Positions 1-12,275 of a stretch of 64,000 nucleotides of DNA are shown here, one piece after another; within the stretch, counting starts at the first letter, position 1; the number at the start of each line of letters is the position of its first letter. The stretch covers positions 1 through 64,000 of the forward strand of contig NIVC01003422.1 of NCBI GenBank assembly GCA_002269645.1. Direction: 5' to 3'. Under the pieces are notes generated by a model. It did no database searches and was not told the DNA's origin. It saw only the letters and a list, made by a program, of their open reading frames with translations. A program made the translations under genes and the position numbers. Source of the DNA: Macrostomum lignano. Taxonomy: Eukaryota.

Positions 1-3000
1 TCATTCAAGCGTCATTTAACAATCATAGAAGCGTCATGTAAACAAGCATAGAGAATGTAAACATCATAGAAGCGTCATGTAAACAATCATCAAGCGTCAT
101 TTAAACAATCATAGAAGCGTCATGTAAACAAGCATAGAAGCGTCATGTAAAAATCATAGAAGCGTCATGTAAACAATCATAGAAGCGTCATGTAAACAAT
201 CATAGAAGCGTCATGTCAAATCATAGAAGCGTCATGTAAACAATCATAGAAGCGTCATGAAACAATCATAGAAGCGTCATGAAACAATCATAGAAGCGTC
301 ATGTAAACATCATAGAAGCGTCATATAAAAAAATCATAGAAGCGTCATGTAAAAATCATAGAAGCGTCATGTAAAGAATCATAGAAGCGTCATGAAACAA
401 TCATAGAAGCGTCATGTAAAAATCATAGAAGCGTCATGTAAACAATCATAGAAGCGTCATGTAAACAATCATAGAAGCGCCATGTAAAAATCATAAAGCG
501 ACATGTAAAAATCATAGAAGCGTCATGTAAAATCATAGAATCGTCCTGCCAAAATCGTAGAAGCGTCATGTAAAAAATCCTTGAAGCGTCATGTAAACAA
601 TCATAGAAGCGTCATGAAACAATCATAGAAGCGTCATGTAAACAATCATAGAAGCGTCATGTAAACAATCTAGAAGCGTCATGTAAACAATCCTGAAGCG
701 TCATGTAAACAATCATAGAAGCGTCATGTAAACAATCCTAGAAGCGTCATGTAAACAATCATTCAAGCGTCATTTAAACAATCATAGAAGCGTCATGTAA
801 ACAATCATTCAAGCGTCATTTAAACAATCATAGAAGCGTCATGTAAACAAGCATAGAAGAATGTAAACAATCATAGAAGCGTCATGTAAACAATCCTAGA
901 AGCGTCATTAAACAATCATAGAAGCGTCATGTAAAAATCATAGAAGCGTCATGTAAAAATCATAGAAGCGTCATGTCAAAATCATAGAAGCGTCATGTAA
1001 ACAATCATAGAAGCGCCATGTAAACAATCATAGAAGCGTCATGTAAAAATCATAGAAGCGTCATGTAAACAATCATAGAAGCGTCATAAAACAATCATAG
1101 AAACGTCATGTAAAAATCATAGAAGCGTCATGTAAACAATCATAGACGCGTCATGTAAACAATCATAGAAGCGTCATGTAAACAATCATAGAAGCGTCAT
1201 GTAAAAATCATAGAAGCGCCATGTAAAAATCATAAAGCGTCATGTAAACAATCATTCAAGCGTCATTTAAACAATCATAGAAGCGTCATGTAAAACAAGC
1301 ATAGAAGAATGTAAACAATCATAGAAGCGTCATGTAAAAATCATAGAAGCGTCATGAAACAATCATAGAAGCGTCATGTAAAAAATCATAAAGCGTCATG
1401 TAAAAATCGTAGAAGCGTCATGTAAAAATCATAGAAGCGTCATGTAAAAATCATAGAAGCGTCATGTAAAAATCATAGAAGCGTCATGTAAAATCGTAGA
1501 ATCGTCCATGCCAAAATCGTAGAAGCGTCATGTAAAAATCATAGAAGCGTCATGTAAAAATCATAGAAGCGTCATGTAAAATCATAGAATCATCTGAAAA
1601 TCTAGAAGCGTCATGTAAAAAATCCTTGAGAAGCGTCATGTAAACAATCATAGAAGCGTCATGAAACAATCATAGAAGCGTCATGTAAACAATCATAGAA
1701 GCGTCATGTAAACAATCCTAGAAGCGTTATGTAAACAATCCTAGAAGCGTCATGTAAACAATCATAGAAGCGTCATGTAAACAATCCTAGAAGCGTCATA
1801 AACAATCATAGAAGCGTCATGTAAACAATCATAGAAGCGTCATGTAAACAATCATAGAAGCGTATGTAAACAATCCTAGAAGCGTCATGTAAACAATCAT
1901 AGAAGCGTCATGTAAACAATCCTAGAAGCGTCATGTAAACAATCATAGAAGCGTCATGTAAACAATCATAGAAGCGCCATGTAAAAATCATAGAAGCATC
2001 ATGTAAACAATCATAGAAGCGTCATAAAAATCATAGAAGCGTTATGTAAAAATGATAGAAGCGTCATATAAAAATCATAGAAGGTCATGTAAACAATCAT
2101 AGAAGCGTCATATAAAAATCATAGAAGCGTCATGTAAACAATCATAGAAGCGTCATGAAACAATCATAGAAGCGTCATGTAAACAATCATAGAAGCGTCA
2201 TGAAACAATCATAGAAGCGTCATGTAAACAATCATAGAAGCGCCATGAAAAAATCATAGAAGCGTCATGTAAACAATCATAGAAGCGTCATGTAAAAATC
2301 ATAGAAGCGTCATATAAAAATCATAGATGCGTCATATAAAAATCATAGAGCGTCATGTAAACAATCATAGAAGCGTCATGTAAACAATCATAGAAGCGTC
2401 ATGTAAACAATCATAGAAGCGTCATGTAAAAAATCATAGAAGCGTCATGTAATGAATCATAGAAGCGTCATGTAAACAATCATAGAAGCGTCATGTAAAC
2501 AATCATAGAAGCGTCATGTAAAAATCATAGAAGCGTCATGTAAAAAATCATAGAAGCGTCATGTAAACAATCATAGAAGCGTCATGTAAAAAATCGTAGA
2601 AGCGTCATTTAAAAATCATAGAAAGCGTTATTTAAAATAATCATAGAAGCGTCATGTAAACAATCAGAGAAGCGTCATGTAAACAATCATAGAAGCGTCA
2701 TGAAACAATCATAGAAGCGTCATGAAACAATCATAGAAGCGTCATGTAAACAATCATAGAAGCGTCATATAAACAATCATAGAAGCGTCATGTAAAAATC
2801 ATAGAAGCGTCATGTAAAGAATCATAGAAGCGTCATGAAACAATCATAGAAGCGTCATGTAAAAATCATAGAAGCGTCATGTAAACAATCATAGAAGCGT
2901 CATGTAAACAATCATAGAAGCGCCATGTAAAAATCATAAAAGCGACATGTAAAAATCATAGAAGCGTCATGTAAAATCATAGAATCGTCTGCAAAATCGT

Positions 3001-5280
3001 AGAAGCGTCATGTAAAAAATCCTTGAAGCGTCATGTAAACAATCATAGAAGCGTCATGAAACAATCATAGAAGCGTCATGTAAACAATCATAGAAGCGTC
3101 ATGTAAACAATCCTAGAAGCGTCATGTAAACAATCCTAGAAGCGTCATGTAAACAATCATAGAAGCGTCATGTAAACAATCCTAGAAGCGTCATGTAAAC
3201 AATCATTCAAGCGTCATTTAAACAATCATAGAAGCGTCATGTAAACAATCATTCAAGCGTCATTTAAACAATCATAGAAGCGTCATGTAAACAAGCATAG
3301 AAGAATGTAAACAATCATAGAAGCGTCATGTAAACAATCCTAGAAGCGTCATTTAAACAATCATAGAAGCGTCATGTAAAAATCATAGAAGCGTCATGTA
3401 AACAATCATAGAAGCGTCATGTCAAAATCATAGAAGCGTCATGTAAACAATCATAGAAGCGCCATGTAAACAATCATAGAAGCGTCATGTAAAAATCATA
3501 GAAGCGTCATGTAAACAATCATAGAAGCGTCATAAAACAATCATAGAAACGTCATGTAAAAATCATAGAAGCGTCATGTAAACAATCATAGACGCGTCAT
3601 GTAAACAATCATAGAAGCGTCATGTAAACAATCATAGAAGCGTCATGTAAACAATCATAGAAGCGCCATGTAAAAATCATAAAGCGTCATGTAAACAATC
3701 ATTCAAGCGTCATTAAACAATCATAGAAGCGTCATGTAAACAAGCATAGAAGAATGTAAACAATCATAGAAGCGTCATGTAAAAATCATAGAAGCGTCAT
3801 GAAACAATCATAGAAGCGTCATGTAAAAAATCATAAAAGCGTCATGTAAAAATCGTAGAAGCGTCATGTAAAAATCATAGAAGCGTCATGTAAAATCATA
3901 GAAGCGTCATGTAAAAATCATAGAAGCGTCATGTAAAATCGTAGAATCGTCCAGCCAAAATCGTAGAAGCGTCATGTAAAAATCATAGAAGCGTCATGTA
4001 AAAATCATAGAAGCGTCATGTAAAATCATAGAATCATCCTGCCAAAATCGTAGAAGCGTCATGTAAAAAATCTTGAAGCGTCATGTAAACAATCATAGAA
4101 GCGTCATGAAACAATCATAGAAGCGTCATGTAAACAATCATAGAAGCGTCATGTAAACAATCCTAGAAGCGTTATGTAAACAATCTAGAAGCGTCATGTA
4201 AACAATCATAGAAGCGTCATGTAAACAATCTAGAAGCGTCATGAAACAATCATAGAAGCGTCATGTAAACAATCATAGAAGCGTCATGTAAACAATCCTA
4301 GAAGCGTTATGTAAACAATCCTAGAAGCGTCATGTAAACAATCATAGAAGCGTCATGTAAACAATCCTAGAAGCGTCATGTAAACAATCATAGAAGCGTC
4401 ATGTAAACAATCATAGAAGCGCCATGTAAAAATCATAGAAGCATCATGTAAACAATCATAGAAGCGTCATATAAAAATCATAGAAGCGTTATGTAAAAAT
4501 GATAGAAGCGTCATATAAAAAATCATAGAAGGGTCATGTAAACAATCATAGAAGCGTCATATAAAAATCATAGAAGCGTCATGTAAACAATCATAGAAGC
4601 GTCATGAAACAATCATAGAAGCGTCATGTAAACAATCATAGAAGCGTCATGAAACAATCATAGAAGCGTCATGTAAACAATCATAGAAGCGCCATGTAAA
4701 AAATCATAGAAGCGTCATGTAAACAATCATAGAAGCGTCATGTAAAAATCATAGAAGCGTCATATAAAAATCATAGAGCGTCATATAAAATCATAGATGC
4801 GTCATGTAAACAATCATAGAAGCGTCATGTAAACAATCATAGAAGCGTCATGTAAACAATCATAGAAGCGTCATGTAAAAAATCATAGAAGCGTCATGTA
4901 ATGAATCATAGAAGCGTCATGTAAACAATCATAGAAGCGTCATGTAAACAATCATAGAAGCGTCATGTAAAAATCATAGAAGCGTCATGTAAAAATCATA
5001 GAAGCGTCATGTAAACAATCATAGAAGCGTCATGTAAAAAATCGTAGAAGCGTCATTTAAAAATCATAGAAAGCGTTATTTAAAATAATCATAGAAGCGT
5101 CATGTAAACAATCAGAGAAGCGTCATGTAAACAATCATAGAAGCGTCATGTAAAAAATCATAGAAGCGTCATGTAAACAATCATAGAAGCGTCAAGAAAA
5201 ATCATAGAAGCGTCATGTAAAAAAAGTCATAGAAGCGTCATGTTAAAATCATAAAGCGTCATGAAAAATCATAGAAGCCT
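1..5280. repeat. Satellite A, 23-bp unit (AATCATAGAAGCGTCATGTAAAC) with a ~2.45-kb higher-order period
   Basis: Continuous tandem array. Rare variant monomers recur 2448 bp apart (GAAAGCGTTATTTAAAATAA at 2621 and 5069). Confidence 0.97.
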
Positions 5281-6196
5281 CATTTAAAAACTAAGGAAAG
5301 TGTCATTTAAAAAATTAAGAAGCATCATGGTAGAATAAAAGAAGCGTCATGTCAGACATGAAGGGTGTCATGTAAAAATAAATGCAGCTATAATGCTGTG
5401 CTGGGGAGAAAAACTGAGACGTTAAGGCTCTCAGAGAATAACTGAGATTACGGGGGGGGTTGCTGAGATGTCAAAGCAAAAGTCAGAAGCTACTTCAAAG
5501 TTCATGTACTTTACTCAATTTTTTTATTACATTCTTTGTTGGCTCGCCACGGGGGGGGTCGCTGATAGAAGAAGAGTCATGTAAAAAATAAAAGTAGCAC
5601 TATGTATACATAAAAGAAAAGTCATGTCGAAGTTAAAAGATTCATTTGGGAATTGCTATGATGTCAAAGCTTGGAGGGAATCGTTACAGTGCTGTGATTC
5701 TTAAAGAAGGAATCACTAAAATGTCAAGGCTTAGGGGAGAAGAATTGCTGAGATTCAAGGCTTTAGGTTGGGTTAAAGTTAGGTTTAGGTCAGGTGTGGG
5801 TTGAGGGTTATATTTTATCGGGTTTCAAGGTTAACGGGGGATTTTTCAGATTTCAAGGTTTATGGAGGCCATCGCTGACATGTCAAGGCTTACGGGGGAA
5901 TAGCTGAGATGTCAAGGCTCACGGGGGTATAAATGAGATTTCAAAGCTAAAGTCAGAAGCTACATGTAAACAATCATGTAAAGTTTATTGAAAACTTTTT
6001 ATTACATTATTTGATGCCTCCTCAGGGGAGGGATCGCTGATAAAAAAAGCGTAATGTAAAAAATAAAAGAAGCTTCATGTCGAAGTTAAGAGATTCATTT
6101 GGGAATCCCTACGATGTCGAGGCTTGCAGGAAATCGCTATAATGCTGTAGCAGTGCTATAATGACTCTTAGAGAGAATTACTGAAATGTCAATGCT

Positions 6197-6258
6197 TTAG
6201 GGTTAGGTTAGGGTTAGGGTTAGGGTTAGGGTTAGGGTTAGGGTTAGGCTAGGGTTAG
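6197..6258 (+). repeat. Interstitial telomeric-type (TTAGGG)n tract, ~10 units
   Basis: Seven perfect TTAGGG units plus TTAGG/CTAGGG variants. A decayed counterpart lies at ~5762-5812. Confidence 0.85.
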
Positions 6259-6968
6259 AAGGTTGACAGATATTTTTAGATTTCCAAGGCTTATTGGGGG
6301 CATTGCTGAGATGTCAAGGGGGGGAGTTGATATGTTAAAGCTTGTGGTGGGGAATTACTGACATGTCAAGGCTTACAAGGTTTGACAGGAGATTTTTTAA
6401 GATTTCAAGGATACATGTAGCTTATTAAAAAAACGTGTAGCGATTGCATTTCTTTGGCTCCCCAACGGGGGGCGTAGATTGCTAGTCCTATATACTAAAA
6501 ATGAGTTGTCTGTATGTATGTGGGTAGGTATGCGATAGATTTCAGAAAAAATGGCTCAACCGATTTTCTTCAAACTTGCACCATTCGATCAGAAATTTTC
6601 CTGGGACGGTACATGCATCTTGGCTAAAAAATTGCTCAATATTAAAGGGATTAAATATTCGAAAAACAGGCTTTTTTGCAAAGGTCAAGCGGCTCTTTCG
6701 ATCTGAAATGCATTGTAAGAATGCTAGAGAAAAAACTGACTGACTGAATTTCAATTCTGATAAAGATTGCATCACAACAAGTTGAAAACAGTGCCAAAGA
6801 AATGCACACACAACTTGATTGAAATTGCGTAACAATATTGCTAACTTAAATTGACACTGATACTGGCTGACTAAGAAATTGATTATGTCATAACTTTTTA
6901 CTCTAACCAACTTGCTGTAAGCATTGAATTATAAGGGCCACAAATCATGTTCGCCAATTGAAAAGAGA

Positions 6969-7031
6969 TAGCATAGATGCGAACAGACTGGACTGCTAAT
7001 GCAGCGACCTGGGTTCCAATCTTAGTGCTGC
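6969..7031 (+). pseudogene. Decayed tRNA-derived segment inside the Helitron
   Basis: A-box-like TAGCATAGATG; anticodon-like arm CTGGA-CTGCTAA-TGCAG; T-arm CTGGG-TTCCAAT-CTTAG. The acceptor stem does not pair. Confidence 0.45.
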
Positions 7032-7519
7032 AAAAAGATTTTTTTATTAAAACACCTTGAAAACACGAAACTGCTAAACATAAAAAAGCACAATGTCAAA
7101 CATAAAAGAGGCACCATGTCAAACATTACATGGGCACCATGTAAAACATATACGTCACTCTATGTCAAACATTAAAGAGCCACCATGTGAAACATAAGAG
7201 TCACCATTTCGAAAATTAAAGAGCCACCACGTCGAACATTAAAGACCCACCATGTCAAACGTAAAAGAGCCACCATGAAGAACATTAAATAGCCACCATG
7301 CCAAACATAAAAGAGCCACTATGTCGAACATTAAAGAGCTAGCATGTCAAACATTAAAGAGCCACCATGTCGAACATAAAAGAGCCGCCATGTAAAACAT
7401 TAAACAGCCACATTGTCAAACATAAAAGAGCCACCATGTAAGACATTTAAGAGCCACCATGTGAAACATTTAAGAGCCACCATGTCAAACCTAAAAGAGC
7501 CACCATGTCGAACATAACA

Positions 7520-8394
7520 TAAGCTGAAATTTGCGCCATTGAGCAGTGTGCCCAGCAACTGTTTCAGGCGAACATTAATAATTTTGACATTAATTTCTAC
7601 ACTGATAGCCAAGCTGCTATTAAGGCCTTAACCACTGAGAATATCTCCGCTGCTACAGTATCTCAATGCCACCGCAGTGTGCAATCTCTCTCAGTCCTTA
7701 ACAGGATTAGAATTATCTGGACACCTGGTCACAGCAACATCCTGGGCAACGAGCTCGCGGACTCTCTCGCCAAGGAGGGCAGCAACCCAGACGGCAACCA
7801 CCGTCTGATGAGGCTACCCACCCCCAGGTCGCAAGTCACCCGCCATATCAACAGGTGGCTCCATCAGCAGCACCAGCTCCACTGGAACAGCTGCACCGAG
7901 TACAGGCAGAGCCGCTCTGCCATGCCTAACCTGAACAGGAAAGTCTCTGATTATCTGATTTCGCTTAACAGAACCGACCTCAGGGAGATGTGCATGGTCC
8001 TAACCGGCCACGGATTCTTCCAGAGACATATATCGTTGCAAACCGGTTGCCCTCCCACCTGTCCCTTCTGTGGCATAGGAGAGGAGACCGCGGAGCATCA
8101 CGTCACCTTCTGCCCTTACTTCAACAAGGCGCGGCACAAATACCTCGGCCACCCCCAGCGGATGGACGAGCTGACCACCGCGGACAATATCCGAGACCTC
8201 CGCGCCTTCGTCCGGGACTCCGGCCGGATGAGGGTCGCCGATGCCTCCACTGCGGACCTGCCGACTACTGGCGGGGACTGGGCGCACCCCCAAGGCTAAT
8301 CCTTGTGCTCTTTTACCTTGGGGTTGCGATAGGGGCCTCGCGGCCTATTCGCGGCGCCTGCGCCCCCCGTCAGTAGTAAGTAAGTAAGTAAGTA
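7520..8394 (+). mobile_element. 5'-truncated non-LTR retrotransposon (I-group, Loa/I-like) with (TAAG)n tail
   Basis: RNase H plus C-terminal CCHC finger ORF, short GC-rich 3'UTR, tail TAGTAAGTAAGTAAGTAAGTA ending at 8394. Flanked by a direct duplication 7290-7519 / 8393-8622. Confidence 0.9.
7523..8299 (+). CDS. C-terminal fragment of LINE ORF2: RNase H domain and CCHC zinc finger
   Basis: The frame is open from 7523, upstream of the track's start: AEICAI...[12 protein letters not shown]...[23 protein letters not shown] (RNase H acidic motifs), then LTGHG...[16 protein letters not shown]. Confidence 0.88.
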   Translation, partial: AEICAIEQCAQQLFQANINNFDINFYTDSQAAIKALTTENISAATVSQCHRSVQSLSVLNRIRIIWTPGHSNILGNELADSLAKEGSNPDGNHRLMRLPTPRSQVTRHINRWLHQQHQLHWNSCTEYRQSRSAMPNLNRKVSDYLISLNRTDLREMCMVLTGHGFFQRHISLQTGCPPTCPFCGIGEETAEHHVTFCPYFNKARHKYLGHPQRMDELTTADNIRDLRAFVRDSGRMRVADASTADLPTTGGDWAHPQG

Positions 8395-11300
8395 GCCACC
8401 ATGCCAAACATAAAAGAGCCACTATGTCGAACATTAAAGAGCTAGCATGTCAAACATTAAAGAGCCACCATGTCGAACATAAAAGAGCCGCCATGTAAAA
8501 CATTAAACAGCCACATTGTCAAACATAAAAGAGCCACCATGTAAGACATTTAAGAGCCACCATGTGAAACATTTAAGAGCCACCATGTCAAACCTAAAAG
8601 AGCCACCATGTCGAACATAACAGAGCTACCATGTCAAACATTAAAAAGCCACCATGTCCAACTTAAACGAGCCATTATGTCGTACATTAAAGAGCCACCA
8701 TGTCAAACATTAAACAGCCACCATGTCAAACACAGAAGAGCCACAATGTCAAACATAGATGAGCCACCATGTCAGATATTAAAAAGCCACCGTATCAAAC
8801 ATAAAAGAGTTACCATGTAGAACAAAAAAGAGCCACCATGTCGAACATAAAAGAGCCACCATGTCAAACATAAAAGAGCCAACATGTCAAACCTAAACGA
8901 GCCACCATGTCTAATATTTAAGAGACACCATGTATAAGTGACTTTATGTCAAACATTAAAGAGCCACCATGTCAAGCATAAAAGAGCCACCATGTCAAAC
9001 ATTAAAGAGCCACCATGTCGAACGTTAAAGAGCCACCATGTCAAGCATAAAAGAGCCACCATGTCAAACATTAAAAAGCCATGTCAAACACTAAAGAGCC
9101 ACCATGTCGAAAATAAACGAGCCATTATGTCGTACATTAAAGAGCCACCATGTCGAACATAAAAGAGCCACCATGTCAAACATTAAAGAGCCACCATGTC
9201 AGACATTAAAGAGCCACTATGTCAAACATAAAATAGCCACTATGTCAAACATTAAACAGCCACCATATCGAACACTAAAGAGCCACCATGTCAAACATAT
9301 ATGTGACTCCATGTCAAATATATACGTGACTCCATGTCACACATAAAAGAGCCACCATGTAAAACATATACACATGACTACATAACAAACATTAAACAAC
9401 CATCATGTCGAACATTAAAGAGCCATCATGTCAAAAATTAAAGAGCCACCATGTCAAACATTAAAGACCCACCATGTCAAACATAAAAGAGCCACCATGA
9501 AAAGCATATACGTGACTCCATGCCAAATATATACGTGACTCCATGTCAAACACAGACGTGACTCCATGTGAAACACTAGAGAGCCACCATGTCAAACATT
9601 AAAGAGCCACGATGTCAAACATTTAAGAGCACCATGTTAAACATAAAGGAGCCACCATGTCGAACATTAAAGAGCCACCATTTCAAACATTAAAGAGCCA
9701 TCATTACATTAAGGTGCCACCAGGTCAAACATTAAAGAGCCACCATGTCAAACATTAAAGAGCCACCATGTCGAACATTAAAGAGCCATCATGTCAAACA
9801 TAAAAGAGCCACTATGTCAAACAATAAAGGGACACCATGTCAGACATTAAAAAAAACCCGAATCAAACATAAGAGAGCCACCATGTAGAACATTAAAGAG
9901 CCACCATGTCAAACATAGAAGAGCCACCATGTCAAACATAAAACAGCCACCATGTCAAACATAAAAGAGCCACCATGTCAAACATAAAAGAGCCATCATG
10001 TCAAACATATATGTGACTCCATGTCAAATATATACGTGACTCCATGTCACACATAAAAGAGCCACCATGTAAAACATATACACATGACTACATAACAAAC
10101 ATTAAACAGCCATCATGTCGAACATTAAAGAGCCATCATGTCAAAAATTAAAGAGCCACCATGTCAAACATTAAAGACCCACCATGTCAAACATAAAAGA
10201 GCCACCATGAAAAGCATATACGTGACTCCATGCCAAATATATACGTGACTCCATGTCAAACACAGACGTGACTCCATGTGAAACACTAGAGAGCCACCAT
10301 GTCAAACATTAAAGAGCCACGATGTCAAACATTTAAGAGCACCATGTTAAACATAAAGGAGCCACCATGTCGAACATTAAAGAGCCACCATTTCAAACAT
10401 TAAAGAGCCATCATTACATTAAGGTGCCACCAGGTCAAACATTAAAGAGCCACCATGTCAAACATTAAAGAGCCACCATGTCGAACATTAAAGAGCCATC
10501 ATGTCAAACATAAAAGAGCCACTATGTCAAACAATAAAGGGACACCATGTCAGACATTAAAAAAACCCGAATCAAACATAAGGGAGCCACCATGTCGAAC
10601 ATTAAAGAGCCACCATGTCAAACATAAAAGAGCCACCATGTCAAACATAAAACAGCCACCATGTCAAACATAAAAGAGCCACCATGTCAAACATAAAAGA
10701 GCCATCATGTCAAACATAAAGGAGCCACCATGTCAATCAAAAAAGAGCCACCATGTCAAACTTAAAACAGCCACCATGTCAAACATAAAGGAGCCACCAT
10801 GTCAAACATTAAAGAGCCGCAATGTCAAACATTGAAGAGCCATCATGTCAAACATTGAAGAGCCACCATGTCAAACATTAAAGAGCCACCATGTCGAACA
10901 TTAAAGAGCCACCATGTCCAACATATATGTGACTCCATGTCAAACATTATAGAGCCAGCATGTCAAACATTAAAGTGCTACCATGTCAAACATAGAAGAG
11001 CCACCATGTCGAACAATAACGAGTCACCATGTCAAGTATATTCGTGACTCCATGTCAAACATAAAAGAGCTACCATGAAGAACATTAAAGAGCCACCACG
11101 TAAAACATTAAAGAGCCACCATGTCAAACATAAAAGAGCCATCATGTCAAACATAAAGGAGCCACCATGTCAATCAAAAAAGAGCCACCATGTCAAACAT
11201 AAAGGAGCCACCATGTCAAACATTAAAGAGCCGCAATGTCAAACATTAAAGAGCCATCATGTCGAACAATAAAGAGCCACCATGTCTAACATTAAAGAGC

Positions 11301-12024
11301 CACCATGTCGAACATTAAAGAGCCACCATGTCTAACATTAAAAAGCCACCTTTTTGAACATAAAAGAGCAACCAATGTCGAACATTAAAGAACCACTATG
11401 TCCAACATAAAAGAGCCACCATGTCAAACATAAAAGAGCCATCATGTCAAACATTAAAGAGCCACCATTTCGAACATTAAAGAGCCACCATGTCAAACAG
11501 TAAAGAGCCACCATGTCAAGCAAAAAAGAGCCACCATGTCCAACATAAAAGAGCCACCATGTCAAACATTAAAAGAGCCGCAATGTCAAACATTAAAGAG
11601 CCATCATGTCTAACATTAAAGAGCCACCATGTCGAACATTAAAGAGCCACCATGTCTAACATAAAGAGCCACCATTTCAAACATAAAAGAGCCACCATGT
11701 CAAAAATTAAAGAGCCATAATGTCAAACAGTAAAACGCCACCATGTCAAACAATAAAGAGACACCATGTCAGACATTAAAAAAACCCTGAATCAAACATA
11801 AGAGAGCCACCATGTAGAACATAAAAGAGCCACCATGTCAAACATTAAAGAGCCACCATGTCAAACATTAAAAAGCCACCATGTCAAACATTAAAGAGCC
11901 ACCATGTCAAACATAAAATTTACACAATTTCAAACGTAAAAGTAAGCGTCATGCCAATTTTAAAGGAGCCACTATAGAGCTAAGGAAATTGTAGCACTAG
12001 CTACTTTACTTATTGTATGGTGGA

Positions 12025-12275
12025 TGCTTACTATTTGGGGTGCTTGCTATCTGGGGATGCTTGCGATCTGGGGGATGCTTGCGATCTGGGGGATGCTTGC
12101 TATCTGGGGGATGCTTACTATCTGGGGTCTGGGGGAATGCTTGCTATCTGCGGATGCTTGCTATCTGGGGTTGCTTGCTATCGGGGGGATGCTTGCTACC
12201 TGGGGGATGCTTGCTACCTGGGGGATGCTTGCTATTTTGGGATCGATGCTTGAATGCTGTCTGAGGATGCTTGCT
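12025..12275. repeat. ~19-20-bp minisatellite (GCTTGCTATCTGGGGGGAT) near the Helitron 3' end
   Basis: About 12 tandem variant copies. Confidence 0.85.

Larger units (their letters stand above)
1..6485 (+). mobile_element. 3' portion of a non-autonomous Helitron-like element (5' end outside window) carrying satellite A
   Basis: Ends in a GC hairpin GCTCCCC-AAC-GGGGGGC (6457-6473) followed 8 nt later by CTAG (6482-6485) and then T, the canonical Helitron 3' terminus. The same terminus recurs at 12381-12409. Confidence 0.7.
7075..11918. repeat. Satellite B, 23-bp unit (AAACATTAAAGAGCCACCATGTC), interrupted by a LINE
   Basis: Tandem array with variants. Contains an internal ~710-bp duplication (same variants at 9301/10011 and 9841/10551). 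Confidence 0.96.

Noticed and set aside
6542-6910. 122-aa minus-strand ORF
   Set aside because: Non-ATG start, no recognisable domain, and lies in the AT-rich Helitron 5' arm.
8608-11565. Short ORFs in satellite B (KEPPCQTLKSHHVKHKRATMSNI repeats resembling Cys/His fingers)
   Set aside because: They are the 69-nt triple-monomer translation of a 23-bp satellite, are broken by frequent stops and frameshifts, and are not a zinc-finger protein.
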